Assembly: GCF_009914755.1 (NCBI RefSeq)
Contig: NC_060933.1
From: the human T2T-CHM13v2.0 reference genome, Homo sapiens
Reading direction: 5' to 3' (one strand)
DNA length: 64,000 bases
The position numbers and the translations under genes were made by a program. Positions within the stretch are counted from its first letter, which is position 1. The number at the start of each line of letters is the position of its first letter. Under the pieces are notes generated by a model. That model ran no database searches, was not told the DNA's origin, and worked only from the letters and a program-made list of their open reading frames with translations. Positions 29,641-47,202 of this stretch are shown in pieces.

Positions 29641-31156
29641 GTAAAAGTTGTACTTTTAGGGGAAAAGAAAAAATTCACCTTAGGCTCTCAGAATACTCAG
29701 CTTGACTTGAGGATTTGTACATGTCTCACCAGCTAACCTTTGCTTAATCTATTTTCTGGTTAACAAAGATGAAAGCAATATCCTCGGGTAGAGTGTAAAC
29801 TATATTTAGAACTTTATGGTGAGGCATGTATCCTCTGATCCATGCATCATTTACTTCTGTGACTATAAATGTGTCTGATATGGGTGGTATCCCTGTTTGT
29901 AGGTGATGTGTGATCTTTCATCCCTCCCACTCAGCCCAGAACGTTGAAACTATCCTTTGGAGTAGAGCTGCGGAGTCAGATTTGCATGAATTGCAATGCT
30001 TCCTCTTCCTTACAGGCCTCTTACTACCTTAAAAATGCTAGCAAGGTGCCAGGGTAGGCAGATAGGAGTGCAGCCTATAAAGATGGGAATGTTTGCTGTT
30101 CTTATGCAAGCGGTTCATTGGCTTTTTACTGAGCTGGTCCACTGAGGTTGAAGGCTCCATCATCTTCTACCTCTAGCCACTGAGAAAGGCAAGTAGGCAA
30201 ACAGCTGGGAAGGTGGCTACGATCTGACAGCATGTGTCATCACCTAGTCCAGTGACAGTCATGATGAATCAACTCCATTATAGGAGGCTCAGCCACCTTT
30301 TACCAAAAGGATCATGTGCCTCCAGTGTCCCTCCTACTTTGGTGTAATCAGATAGATAGAAGTCAGAACATTTTAAGAGCCTGTTGGCTAAAGAGCTTCA
30401 TGATTGGTAGTGTTGACCTTATCTTTAAAAACAATCTCCAACTCCTTATTCTTTTTTGTAAACCCATTTGAAATTTTGTTAAATGCTACCATTGCCAGCC
30501 AGGGTATTTGTTCTCCTAGGTTTGGTAAAATAGGAACTCAGAAAGTTCTAAATTCTTAGAATTTTCCCTGATGTTCTTGGCTTACCCTTTACAAAAAGGA
30601 TTCCCAAGCACTGCTCTGTGCCTAGGCATTGTGGTGAAGTTTTCATTCATGTGCAATGAACCAAGTAAAATAAGGTCATTCTCATGAGGTTGCTTTGTTT
30701 TTTATTCCCCGAGTTTTTAATAATGATATTTAAGACTATCATTTATTGTAATATTAAGTCTTTTCTCCTTTCAGTGTTAAAATGTTATTTCTTTTATGAA
30801 GTAATCTGGTGACAGTATATAGCATACTGGTTGGTTTCTGTTTCTTTTTAATATGCCTACTAACAAAATTTTTACATTAGCAAACCTATAGAAATTACTT
30901 TAATATTTAACCATGTCTGAAATTCAAAATTCTGGCACCATTCTGAAAGGCAGTTGTGATTCTCACTCAGCAAAATTCTTATCAGTATAGAAGAGTGGAG
31001 ATTTCAAAAAGAAAATGGCCCCAAGCCCAAGTCCTCCCTAAGTTGATAAGACTCTAAGATCTTCCAAATAGTTTTAGGCTAAGTCTTATGAAAATTTGAC
31101 TAAAGATTTCATTCCCTTTATCTCTATCAAGGAAATACTCCTTAAAAGTCATGTCA

Positions 31157-31272
31157 ACCAGGCACGGTGCTCACACCTGTAATCCCAGCACTTTGTGGGG
31201 GCAAGGCAGAGGATCAGTTGAAGCCAGGAGTTGAGACCACTCTGAGCAACATAGCAAAACCTCCATCTCTAT
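31157..31272 (+). mobile_element. Free left Alu monomer (FLAM/AluJ-like)
   Basis: ccaggcacggtgctcacacctgtaatcccagcacttt...gagcaacatagcaaaacctccatctcta with no right arm. Confidence 0.8.
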
Positions 31273-31981
31273 TTTTATTTTTTTTAAAGTTAGTGCCAAG
31301 TATGTGGTTGCAATGAATTAGCAAAGCCTCTGAAGGAACACTGTGTGCCATTTAATCAGAAACAGGCTTATAGGACACTGTGCTTTTTGTGAGACACCAC
31401 ATGTGACTTCCTGCTCTTTCACCTTTGGAACTCTGGGTCAGACATAGACTTTTGTCCTTAAAAACAAGAAGCTTAAATAGTGACCTCATCTTAGCTCTTG
31501 TAATGTAGTTGCAGATCAAATAACCATGATTCATAAACCAACACAAAGGAACCCTTTGCTTCTTGACTGACTCCAGAATGAGTGAACAACATGACTAAGA
31601 GCCTAGTCGCAGAGCCTTTCTCCAGACTACCTTGCTGGGTCCCGGATATTAATAGTCTTGGAAAGCGGTTTCTACAGCTGCTGCTTTGCCTGCAAATAGC
31701 AATGCTTTTCCCAAACATGCACATAACACTGCCTTCTCTTAACGAGAACCTCCAAAATAAACAATAGTCACCCCTGACCTACTAAACAGTCATCACATGG
31801 AGATGAGTTTTTATCCTCACCTTCTTGCTTCTTCAGTGAACAAGTAGTAACAAGCAGCTCCTGCGTGTGCCTCGATCTGAGCTGGCATACCATTGCTGCC
31901 GAGACTGTATAAAGTGCAAATTGAAAAACACAGGAGACTCACGTCTATATCAGTGAACACATTTTCTTTCCTTTCTTACAG

Positions 31982-32134
31982 GGTTTTGGAAATTTGCCCA
32001 TCTGCATGGCAAAGACTGATCTTTCTCTGTCTCACCAACCTGACAAAAAAGGTGTGCCAAGGGACTTCATCTTACCTATCAGTGATGTCCGGGCCAGCAT
32101 AGGTGCTGGGTTCATTTACCCTTTGGTCGGAACG
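31982..32134 (+). pseudogene. MTHFD1L: MTHFD1L duplicated gene fragment, second retained exon (153 nt)
   Basis: ttcttacag|GGTTTT...GGAACG|gtgagt; [51 protein letters not shown]; phase 0-0, open frame. Confidence 0.94.
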
Positions 32135-34635
32135 GTGAGTGAGTCACATTTTCCAAAATCCCTCCCCATTCTGCATTGTCGCAGTGCCTCAAATCGTTAT
32201 GCTCCACCCGCTCTTTAAAAATCATGGATTAGGGAGAATTGGGAGTAATTAATAGTACAGTATTCGCTATTTTTCTAAACACTCTGTCTCACCTACCTTT
32301 GCCATTGTGCTTTGGGTTTTTCTTTTTTTAGATCATGTGTTCAGGATCCTTAGAGTCATAATACTAATTTCCTTCCTAAGGCAAGTAAGAACATAACTTG
32401 GGAGAATTCAGTCTATTTAAATGGTAGAATGGCTTAGGACAGTGGTTGTCAACCTTTATCACACATAGCACCCAAAATGATGTAATCAGTAGGGTTGAAT
32501 GCTCACACCAGACAGGATCTGCCCAGTCACCCTAAGGGCTGGGGAAAGCAGTCCTCACCCTCTCACTTCCCCAGCACATCAGGTGGGAAGTTCTGGCTTA
32601 GGAAATTACTGAATCATATGAATTCTCATTTTTGATGTTGTTGTGATGGGATTACGTTGCTATTGGTTGATTATTCTGTTATTTTGTGTTATCTATGGAG
32701 GTAAACGAGATGAGCAGAGATATAAAAGCTTATCAAAGTGCTTAAAATCCATGAAGATTGGCTTCATTTGGTATAGCTACACAGTGATAGCCTTCCGTTG
32801 GTACCATCAGTGGCCTAAATTTGATTTCTTGTCTTTGGGAGTGCTCCTGAATTTGGTTTAGAATAAAAAAGAATTCTTAAAACCTGGCAGATCCCATGGC
32901 AAGAAAAGAAAAAAAATTCTAACCCATCATTATCATCATCATTAGTGCAAAGTGATCTGAGCTTAAACAGCATACATTATAATAATTTTTTATAATAAAC
33001 CATGTGGCTCTATTGTGCAAACAAGCAATAGACAGACAAAAAGTGCAGATTCTTGCCTTGATATTTACATGCTTCATCTAATATTGGACACAATGTTTTT
33101 TCAATCAGCATCATTTGAATTCTTCCTGCATGTGAGGCACAGAGATTTTAAGATGAGCAGGTGTGAGATGCATGGATTTGAATAGCATAGAGGTATCTGG
33201 AGAGCATTGTGTTGGTATTCTGAATGCCCTCAGATCCCAGGGGGATAACAGCTCATTATGCCTGGGGTAGAACTTACCTGGGCTGTGGAAGAAGAGGGGA
33301 TTCTTCAAAAAGGGCTCAACCTCTGAACTGGCAAAACAGTGAGTTTTGACTCAAAGGCACCAGAGTACTAATACATGACATCCTCTCCTGGGGTGATCCA
33401 ATGTGGCTGGAGTTGGATGAGGTGGGGAGGCTGGGGATGGGAATGGGAATGGGATTGGGATAGCAGGACGGGGTCACATGGCCAAGGATCTTGAAGACCA
33501 TCTCACGGAACTTGAATCTGATCTCTACACACTGAGGAGCCACGGTAGGGTGGGTTTTTTGTTTGTTTCTTGGTTTTTTATTTTTTTGATTTTTTGTTTT
33601 TAAAGAAGGAGGAGAAGAATGTGGTCTGATGTGTATTTTAGAAAAATAGCTCTGGCAGCAATGTGGAGAATGTTTAGTGAAAAGAGAACCAGGCCCAGAG
33701 AGGTGGGTTAATTCAGCTGGGGCCAGAGGAAATCAAGGTCCGCACTTTGGCCACAGAAGTAGATACAGAGAGTGGGGGTGAATTGCAGACATACTCTAAA
33801 AGTATCCTCCTACAGTAGGGGCCGGGTGAAGGGACTGTTCTAGCTTGGTGACTGGCTGGTGATGCCATCACCGTGTCATGGAAAGGACACGGGAGGAGGC
33901 AGATTGGCCAAGCCAGAAATGAGCCTGGCTTGAAGAGAGAGAGCTCAGAGGGTTAATAGGATCTAAGGAACAGTCTGTGTCTCCACTGGAAATACAGATA
34001 CAGCTCTCCAAAGAAAGGGGCAGGAAGGTCGCCCTGGTGGGTTTAAGGATATGGGTGAAGGCACTCATTAAACAAGAGACACAGGGATAGCTGGAAATCA
34101 GTGAGAAGAGAGTAAAGGAAGACACCCCTGAAACACCCACTTTAATGCAGCCGACTCCTGGCAGGGGTGCCTTCCAGAAGGCAGGAAGGAAGGAGCAGGG
34201 GCATGGCAGAGAACGTCCAGAAAAATCCCACAGACACCGCTCACAGCAATGTTGACACAGAGAGAAGGGTCCAGATGAAATGGGTTCTGAATGACATTTT
34301 CAGGTCTACAGTTCAGATCAGCAGTTGCCAGGAGTTGGGGGAGGGAAGTGTTTGACTGCAGAGGGGCAGGAGGGAACTTTTTGGGATAATGGAAATATCC
34401 TATGTTTTGACATGGTAGTGATTCCATGGCTATATACATTCTTCCAGACTCATAGACCTATACACGTGTGTTGCCCAGGCTGGACTCAAACTCCTGATCT
34501 CAAGCAATCCTCCCACCTCAGCTTCCCAAGTTGCTGTGACTATAGGTTCGTGCCACTGTGCTGGGCCTGTGTATCATTTAGTTATACCTCAGTTAACAAA
34601 AATGGGTACTGAAGAGCTTGCTGTATATTCCTTAG

Positions 34636-34994
<359 letters not shown>

Positions 34995-35415
34995 TTAGTT
35001 GGCAAAGGCCTTGGCTTAGGGATAAGAGGGTGGCTGGACAGTGCAGGCCCAGAGAGACTGGACCATCAGGGGAAGTGAGGGGTGATGGAGGTGCCCAAAC
35101 AGAGCATGAAATGGTAGAGTAGATGAGAAGGTTAGCCTCTATCACGATCTGTTCTGTCCTACCCTCTGCGGACTCTAAACCCCGCAGCAGTTCACCCAAC
35201 AAATTCATTCACTCGGCCAATGCTGCATAAGACACTCAGCTCGGGGCTACAGGAAGCCCCAACCTAAAGAAACTTTCTCTGCTTCAGGTAGTTTACAGCT
35301 GGTAGACGCAGATAGAAGTGAATTAGCAAAGAAAATAGTTTGATATAAAAATTGTGCATTTAACTGCAACCTTAATTCACTTCTGAGCATTTAATAGCCA
35401 TTAAACAAAAACCAG

Positions 35416-35720
35416 GGCCCACACAGTGGTTCACACTTACAATCCAAGCACTTTTGGAAGCCAAGGTAGAAGGATTGCTTCAGGCCAGGAGTTCAAGACC
35501 AGCCTGGGCAACATAGCCAGACTGTATCTCTACTTAAACCAAAATTAGCCAGGAGTCATGGTACACACCTGGAGTCCCAGCTACTCAGGAGGCTGAAATG
35601 GGAGGATTACTTGAGCCCAGGAGTTTGAGGCTACACTGACCTATGATCATATCATTGCACTCCAGCCTGGGAGATAGAGTGAGACCTCTGTCTCTAAAAA
35701 AATGGAATAAAATAATAAAA
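35416..35720 (+). mobile_element. AluJ-like element
   Basis: ggattgcttcaggccaggagttcaagaccagcctgggcaacatag; ggaggattacttgagcccaggagtttgaggct. Confidence 0.9.
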
Positions 35721-38156
35721 AACACAATATAATTTAAAATCTTTGGAGTCACTAAACAAATATACAATGTGAATCTCCTCCCACTCCAGCTAACACTACC
35801 ATATCCAACACCAGGTAAAGACCAAAGCCGTTCTGGGAAATCAGAATCTGTTGCCATGGCTCATGCCTGGACACCAGGCTGTCCGCTCCTGATGTCACTC
35901 TTTGACTTATGACTTGTTAGAAAATGAATGCGTGGAATGGCCCTGGAGGAGCCGCTGCAGCTCTCTGGGTTTCCTGAAGTGAGCCCTCTGTGTCATTATC
36001 TGGTCTTCTCAGCCCTCAGCCGAGTTCCTCCTGTGGCCACATGTGGGGTCGCAGTGAGCATCAGTGCACAGTGATAAAATCTGGAACAACAGGGTGTTGG
36101 GTGTGAGGGAAGGGAGTGGTGCCTGACTACAGAAGTTCCTGGAGGTCAGGAAACTCTCACTGGAGGCAGTGGCCCTAGAGGGCTGCTTTCTATGACAGAG
36201 CAGGAAGCTGCATGTGTACTGGGACACATGCAGCAGAGGGGCCAGGATCTCCTAATAAGGACTGGTATTTACTTTTACTTGAACCCATTCTGGGCCTTAC
36301 CACAGTGTGCTGAAATGCCTTGAACATTCATCACCCATGTGGGAGAAAGGATAGTAATTTCCTGCTGAGATGACTGAGGGGACAGGGAATGGGGACACCA
36401 GGGGGACTGGCTCCTGCAGGTTGGAAAATTCTAGCAAAACGAATCACTCTTCTGCTTAGTCACCCAATGTGCGCTTATTAGAGTGCTGCTGAAAAACATA
36501 TTCGTCTATCCATTCCAGAAAGATAGTCCAAACTGAGACCTCAAGATCAGAAAGGCTCCCAATCTCCTGCAGGGTTCATTCATTTACTCAGTGAATTATT
36601 AAATGCCTACAGCACGCAGGGCCATCAGCCCAACGGCTATGAGAAAGAGATTCAGTCCTTTCCTCACAGGCCTTATGATAGACTCCAGTAAATAAAACAA
36701 TACAGGCACAGAATGTGGCAGGCTTTATAAGAAAGCCTCTCTTTTTGTGTCCTCAAGGGAAGCAGAGAATCTCCCCTCTGGCTCTAGTTGGAGAATCCCA
36801 ACCCAAGCAAGTCCATCTTTGAACAATAAACATCTCCAGTACTGCTGGCTTTGGAAGACCCCATGGTGAGATGCTGGAGCTTTTTTCCACTCCTGATTTC
36901 ACTTTCTAAATATTTACTTTTACTTTCCATGTTCACTTGTAGGCCAGATTTTTTTTTCCTACCATTGAATTATTTCATCATGTTCTATTTAATTATTGTT
37001 TTAATTGGCATTGGTGACCACAAATAATAATAAATACTATTAACTGATGTAACAGCTTCACTAGTCTATTTAACTTCCCCATGCTGTTGTAACTGAAGCA
37101 CCCAGCACAAGCATTCCCAGCTCGTGGACGTCTAAGACCTTTGAGGTCATTCTTACATGCATTGCTAGTGTTTTCCATATTCCTTGATGGTAACCAATTT
37201 TTCCTTCCTAAAATAACTTTCTTCATTCCTAGTAAGCTTCATATGTATTTTGTGTATTCTTCCCTCTTTTTTATGACATTATACATATTATTGAAAGCTA
37301 GAAAATAATACAAGATGCTTGACTGACATAATACCACTTAGTACATCTTTTTGTAAGAAATAGATTTTCTAATACAAATCTTTGATATAGGAAGAAATGA
37401 GCAAGTGTTTTTTAAGGTTTTCCAACCCTATATTCTACTACAAATTACCCTGTTATCGTATGCTTCCAAAATTCTTTCAAGGATTACAGTTTATAGTGTT
37501 CAATAAACCTAATAGTTTATAAAACTTCTCAAAAAATAATCTCATGCCAAAAATAATTTAGTAGTAGGTGGTCTTTGTCTTGTGGTCACATTGTTTTGAT
37601 ATTGTCTTTAAGTTTCTGTAATTTACAAGGGCTGTTTAATCAGTTGGCATAAATTTCATGACAAAAATGCTAATATGTAAGCAAAGAATATGAAATGATA
37701 TTTTTGAGAAGTAAATTACATTCCATATAGAAAAAGACTAGAAAGACTACACCAAAACCTTAAATTAGACAGTGATATTATGAGTAGCTTTTTTTCTTCT
37801 CTTTTTTGTATAGATCAAATTACTACGTTGGGTGTATATCACTTTTATAACATGAAAATACAGTAAATAGGGCGATGATAAACTGCAAGTGCTTGGGGAG
37901 AAGGCTTAACTCAGGCCAGTTGCAAGAGAGTGAGAACACACACGCAGCCTGTGGGAGCGGGCTCCGTGCCATCACCTGGCCGGTCCTGGCTGTGTTGCTG
38001 TGTTTTCGCACCTCAAAAGTTGGGACAGCAAGGAAAGGCCATAAGAGCTAGAATGTTTCTATAAGAAGTGTATTCAGTATGATTTGTCTAGCTCTGACTA
38101 ATGTGTGCAAACCCCAGATTCCACTAAGCAAATGCAAGATTGTTTTTCCCTGTTAA

Positions 38157-38525
<369 letters not shown>

Positions 38526-38802
38526 TCTCTCACAGTGTTTTTTAAAACAACAATGCATTTTCACAACAGTTGGCCTGGAGAGGTGTCCAACCAAGTTGGA
38601 ATTCATAGCAGATATCCATTTGAAGTTAATTTTTGGTGTATTTGACTGTTTTCCATTGACTTCACATTGAGGCAGTGAGAGAGACTTGAAGAACTTAGAA
38701 TATGAACCCTTTTCTCACTGGCAAACATGGGACATAGAGGCATGTCTTGACAGCAATTTATGGCAACACTCTGGGCTGGAATCTAGGGGTTAGGCAGCCT
38801 GG

Positions 38803-39001
38803 CCGGTTTTGTAAATTAGTCAGGCCACCCTCAGAGTCAGTTTGAGGGTTTAGTGGGAAGCCTGAATAAAAAGAGAAGTTAAACTTTTAAGAAAAGGGTC
38901 AAGCTTTAAAACTGGAATTGGCTTTTCAAATTTAATGAGTAAAAAGAAACCCCAAAACTGGAATTGTAATTGTGGAGAAGTACAAATTATAATATTTGGA
39001 A
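38803..39001 (+). repeat. ~200-bp dispersed direct repeat, copy A (copy B at 41737-41965)
   Basis: ccggttttgtaaattag..ggccaccctcagagtcagtttgagggttt..taagaaaagggtcaagctttaaaactggaattggcttttcaaatttaatgag..gtggagaa. Confidence 0.93.
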
Positions 39002-39224
39002 TATCATCTACAAGGAATGAAACTATCCAGAAGCATTTAGATGGTAGTCATTGATTGTAGGGCATCTCTGGGGGCAGGGTGGCTCCTGGCACTGTAGAGA
39101 AAGACCATCGGTGCTTCCGTCTCCCAGTTGGAGGAAAGGGATACACTGTGGAGGTCCCAGCAGCTTAGGGCCTGCCCCCATGTGGTTATGTCTGCATGGT
39201 TTCCTTCCCTCTGTCTTCCTGTAA

Positions 39225-39597
<373 letters not shown>

Positions 39598-41736
39598 AAG
39601 TACATGCTTTTTTTCCTCTTGTTGGGATTGGCCTGGGCTATACCTATCTCATGGTGGAAGCCTGCCTAGGGACCAGGCCCTAGAAGACCAGCAGTTTATT
39701 TAACTGGGTTGGCCTTTGTCCCCACTCCCTGTGACCCGGCCCTGCCATATCTTTACCCAGGTGCACCACTGACATCATGGCTCGGCTGGACTCTGGAAAG
39801 CAGGAAATTGCTGGAGCATGTTTGGGCATCAATGATGTCATCCGCTACGAATGCCGGGTGGGGTTACTGGACTGAGGGCCATGAAAAAAGAAAGCTGCGG
39901 CCCTGCCCCGTGGACTCACTGCCATTCTGTTCTTTCTCACGTTTCAGTTCAGCTCACTTTGTTTTCCGTCCCCCTCCCTCTACTGTAAAAGTATGTACTC
40001 AGTGTTTCATTTCCTGCTGGATCTGATTCAGGTCAGTGATGAAGTTCTTTGCGAGCTCAGTGGGGAGGCGTTTCCTCCCTTTCATACCGGCCCTGCTTAG
40101 GGATGCATGGTTGGTTATATACTTGCTTCACTCGGTTAGGCATGGAGGAGAATTCATTCAGACCTCATAGGTTTAAATCAAATGCATGACCCTTCACATT
40201 TTCCAGAGATTTAGACAGTTACAGTGAGACAATTAAACATTCACCCCCCAAGCTGCACTTGGAGATGTGTAAGCAGTAATGTAGTCATGCGCTCCCCATG
40301 ATATGAGAGTGTGCAGAATGCCACTCCCCACAGCAGGTCCACCAGGACCTCCTCAGGGAGCATCTTGCCTACAAAATCACCCATCCCTTTTCCCCCACTT
40401 TCTTCACTTTCCCTACGTTTCCACTCCCACACCCACAAATAAACAAAGAAACTTTGAGCTTATTTTACAAAAGTCTTTGAAATGGCCCTCCTCTCTCCGA
40501 TGCTCCTGGGCCCTGGTTTGGCCCCATCTGTGCAGTCTCTCTGATGAGTGTGAAATAAGCCAGGTTTGGCTCATGCTCTCCCTGTGAGCTTGCTCTCCCC
40601 GTGAGCCTGCCCTCTCCATCTGGCCTCACTTTGTTTGTGTCCCTGGGTCCTTTGTCTCTGATCCTGGGATCCTGGTGGTTTCCTCCTCCCCGCCCAGCTT
40701 GGGTCCTTTTCCCCAGGGTTCTTCCCTATCTCTACATCAGAATTTCCTGCTTTCTCCCAAATATGCATTTCCCTGGCCCAGGCATCCATTGCTTCCTCTC
40801 ATCGTGAGGTCCCTGCAGCAGACTGCCAATGGTGTTGTGGCCATGCCTTCCTCCACAACCCAGGGAAAGCTACATGTGTGTCTGTCCCATAGGGAAGGAG
40901 TCATCCCTGTCTCTTCAGTGTGGCATGTTCAGGAGGAAGGAAAGTAACCAGCGTCATTCTCAATTTACGGAAACTGTTTATCATATTGACAAGAAGAAGA
41001 AAGCTTTGCGACTCATGAGAATGATGTTTTCTTCTCTGGTACATAAGGTTATGTAGGTCCAATCCATTGTGTAGAAGATCTTTTCTCCCTTAATGGGATG
41101 TACACTTATTTTTAGCACAAGTATAAAACTACTTTAAATGAAGTCAGCCTCAGCCAGGGAAATATGCTGAGTAATAATGTTGCCAGGTACTATACCACTG
41201 AGTTGAGTTTGCAATTCACTGCTATTAATCCCTGCATGTTAGTTCTGAATTTTTACTCTTTGCATACGTAGAAAAAATGGTGTTTCTCTTCAGAGTCAAG
41301 GAGGGAAAAAAGAAAAGTTAAAAGACACTTATAACACTTTTGTGTCCACCCCTAAAATCAGCATATTGATCTACTATTTTTCTAGGTATTGATGGAATAT
41401 TGACTCATATACTTTCATACAACTGCTAATATATATATATATATATAGACTCATTTTTCTTCTTCCACTTTCATCTACAGCCTATTTGTTTTTCTCCCCC
41501 CATTTTTCGTTTGGATTCATAGCATAAATTGACAACAAAGATACATCTCAATTTAGAGCTTCCAAAAGGCACCCATAAAAGTATCTGGTGCTCATGGAAT
41601 TTCTCTTTCTTCTGTGTCTCTTAGTTACACTTTTCTCTTATTACACTTTTCTATCCAGCCGCGGCTAAGAGGCATATAATCAGAAGCAGCTAAGCAATGT
41701 ATGCAAGGGAAATAAAATGAACACAAACCAAGATAA

Positions 41737-41965
41737 CCGGTTTTGTAAATTAGATAGCAAGGCCACCCTCAGAGTCAGTTTGAGGGTTTCGTGGGAAGCC
41801 TAAGAAATATAACTGATATAACTGATATATTATCAGTTATAAAAAAAGTTATAAGAAAAGGGTCAAGCTTTAAAACTGGAATTGGCTTTTCAAATTTAAT
41901 GAGCAAAAAGAAACCCCAAAACTGGAATTGTAATTGTGGAGAAATAGAACTGATAATATCTGGAA
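41737..41965 (+). repeat. ~230-bp dispersed direct repeat, copy B, with an internal palindromic insert
   Basis: Matches 38803-39001 except for 41802-41850. Confidence 0.93.
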
Positions 41966-42033
41966 CTTGCAGCAGTTTACAGGCTTAACTATGTATGTGT
42001 TCCTTAAATTATCCACCCGCAGATATCAGATTA

Positions 42034-42234
42034 CAATAAGTCCTCACTTAATGTCATTGATAGGTTCTTGGAAACTACCACTTTAAGCAAAAGGACATAA
42101 TGCATACGAAACCAGTTTTCCCATAGTCTAATTGATAGGAAAAAGAGTTGAGTTATGAAGCCACACAGTACCTCGTTTGGCTTAAAGTCACTGTTTCCAA
42201 GAACATATCCACAATGTTAAGTAAGGACTTACTG
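42034..42234. mobile_element. Non-autonomous TcMar-Tigger element (MER82-like, MITE-sized) with long terminal inverted repeats
   Basis: TA|caataagtcctcacttaatgtc...aatgttaagtaaggacttactg|TA; ~60-bp imperfect TIRs and a TA target duplication. Confidence 0.8.
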
Positions 42235-42759
42235 TAAATGAAAATATTTGCAGTAAATCGCTTTTGAGAGAATTGGTTATCACACTCTTCTCTGGGTATC
42301 ACTGAAAATTCAGAATGTTTAGTTACATCAGGCTATACTCACTGGTATGAAATCAGGGAGCAAGTATAAAGTAGGTGTAGGGAAATAATTTATGTTGGAT
42401 TAAATGATCCAATGAAGGAATTTTATTAAGCCCCTAGAAATCCCAGAATGAAAATGTATAACTGCATGACTAACCCCTGTAAGAATTTGCTGGGGTTTCT
42501 GCATTATGTACGCTTCCCAGGCCATTTGTAATGAAGCTACCGTGATCTGTTAAGGAAGAGACCTACACCTGGGAACATAAACAGCCAATTCCATCCTGGA
42601 CATCAGTCTCCTGTTTGACTCATTCCAACCCCAAGAATATGTTGTAGAGTGTAGGACCCATGAAAGTTACCTACAGTGCTTCCCTGTACCTTCCATCATC
42701 CAGTTCCCAAACATACCTGTGTTTCTTCTCTGAATGCATAGTTACTTGGGATCCCATGT

Positions 42760-43128
42760 TGTATTAGTCTGTTCTCACACTGCTGTAAAGAACTACTTGA
42801 GAGTGGATAGTTTATAAAGAAACAAGGTTTAATTGACTCAGTTTTGCAGGCTATACAAGAGGCATGGCTGGGGAGGCCTCAGGAAACTTACAATCATGGG
42901 GAAGGCAAAGGGGAAGCAAGTACATATTCACATGGCGGCAGGAGAGAGAGTGAAGGGGCAGTGCCACACACTTTTAAACAACCAGATCTCAGAACTCACT
43001 AGCACGAGAACAACAAGGGGGAAATTCACCCCCATGATCCAGTCACCTCCCACCAGGCCCCTCCTCCAACACTGAAGCTCATAATTCATCATGAGATTTG
43101 GCTGGGGACACAGCGCCAAACCATATCA
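42760..43128 (-). mobile_element. Solo ERVL-MaLR LTR (MSTA-like)
   Basis: tgtattagtctgttctcacactgctg...gaggcctcaggaaacttacaatcatgg...ggggacacagcgccaaaccatatca; TG...CA termini. Confidence 0.88.
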
Positions 43129-43744
43129 TATGCCTTTCCCAGGACTGGTGTTGGAGGAACAGTGCCTTTGTCACACCTACCAGAATATACTCACCCACTT
43201 CCAGACACTCCATTTCTCTTTCAAGCACACCTCCTCACTTGTGCTGCCAGCTAAGGTTTACTGCAGTTACTTCCTTTGTGTGTCCTCTTACCTTACCAAG
43301 TCGCCTCACCCACCACCTACTGTTAATTAAATTACCACCTCCCCCACTTCCCCACCTCCAGAGTAGAGACTGTCTCTTCAGTTCTCTTGGCCTTCCCACA
43401 ATGGGAAGTCTGGTGTGGAACATACCCTAGGAGCCAACTAAATGTGGTAGTGGCCTGCCAACCCTGCAGAGGGCTAGCAAATCTTCAGGGAGTCTGCTGC
43501 CGGTGGAAACTCACCAGTACTAGAATCCCAGGCTCCAAAGAAGTCTAGAAAAGTACGTCTTTTAAGGAGCTAATAAGAGGTTCAAGTTTCCACAAATCCT
43601 ATCTGCTCTTGGCCTAGTTCTTTTGGGATCAGTGTGCTAGTCTCTCTTGTCAAACTAGTTACTGACCAGCAAGACTAAAAAACCAGGCCCAAACACATTC
43701 TATTCATGTGCTTAGATATAGACCTATGGATCAAATATCCCACT

Positions 43745-47202
<3,458 letters not shown>

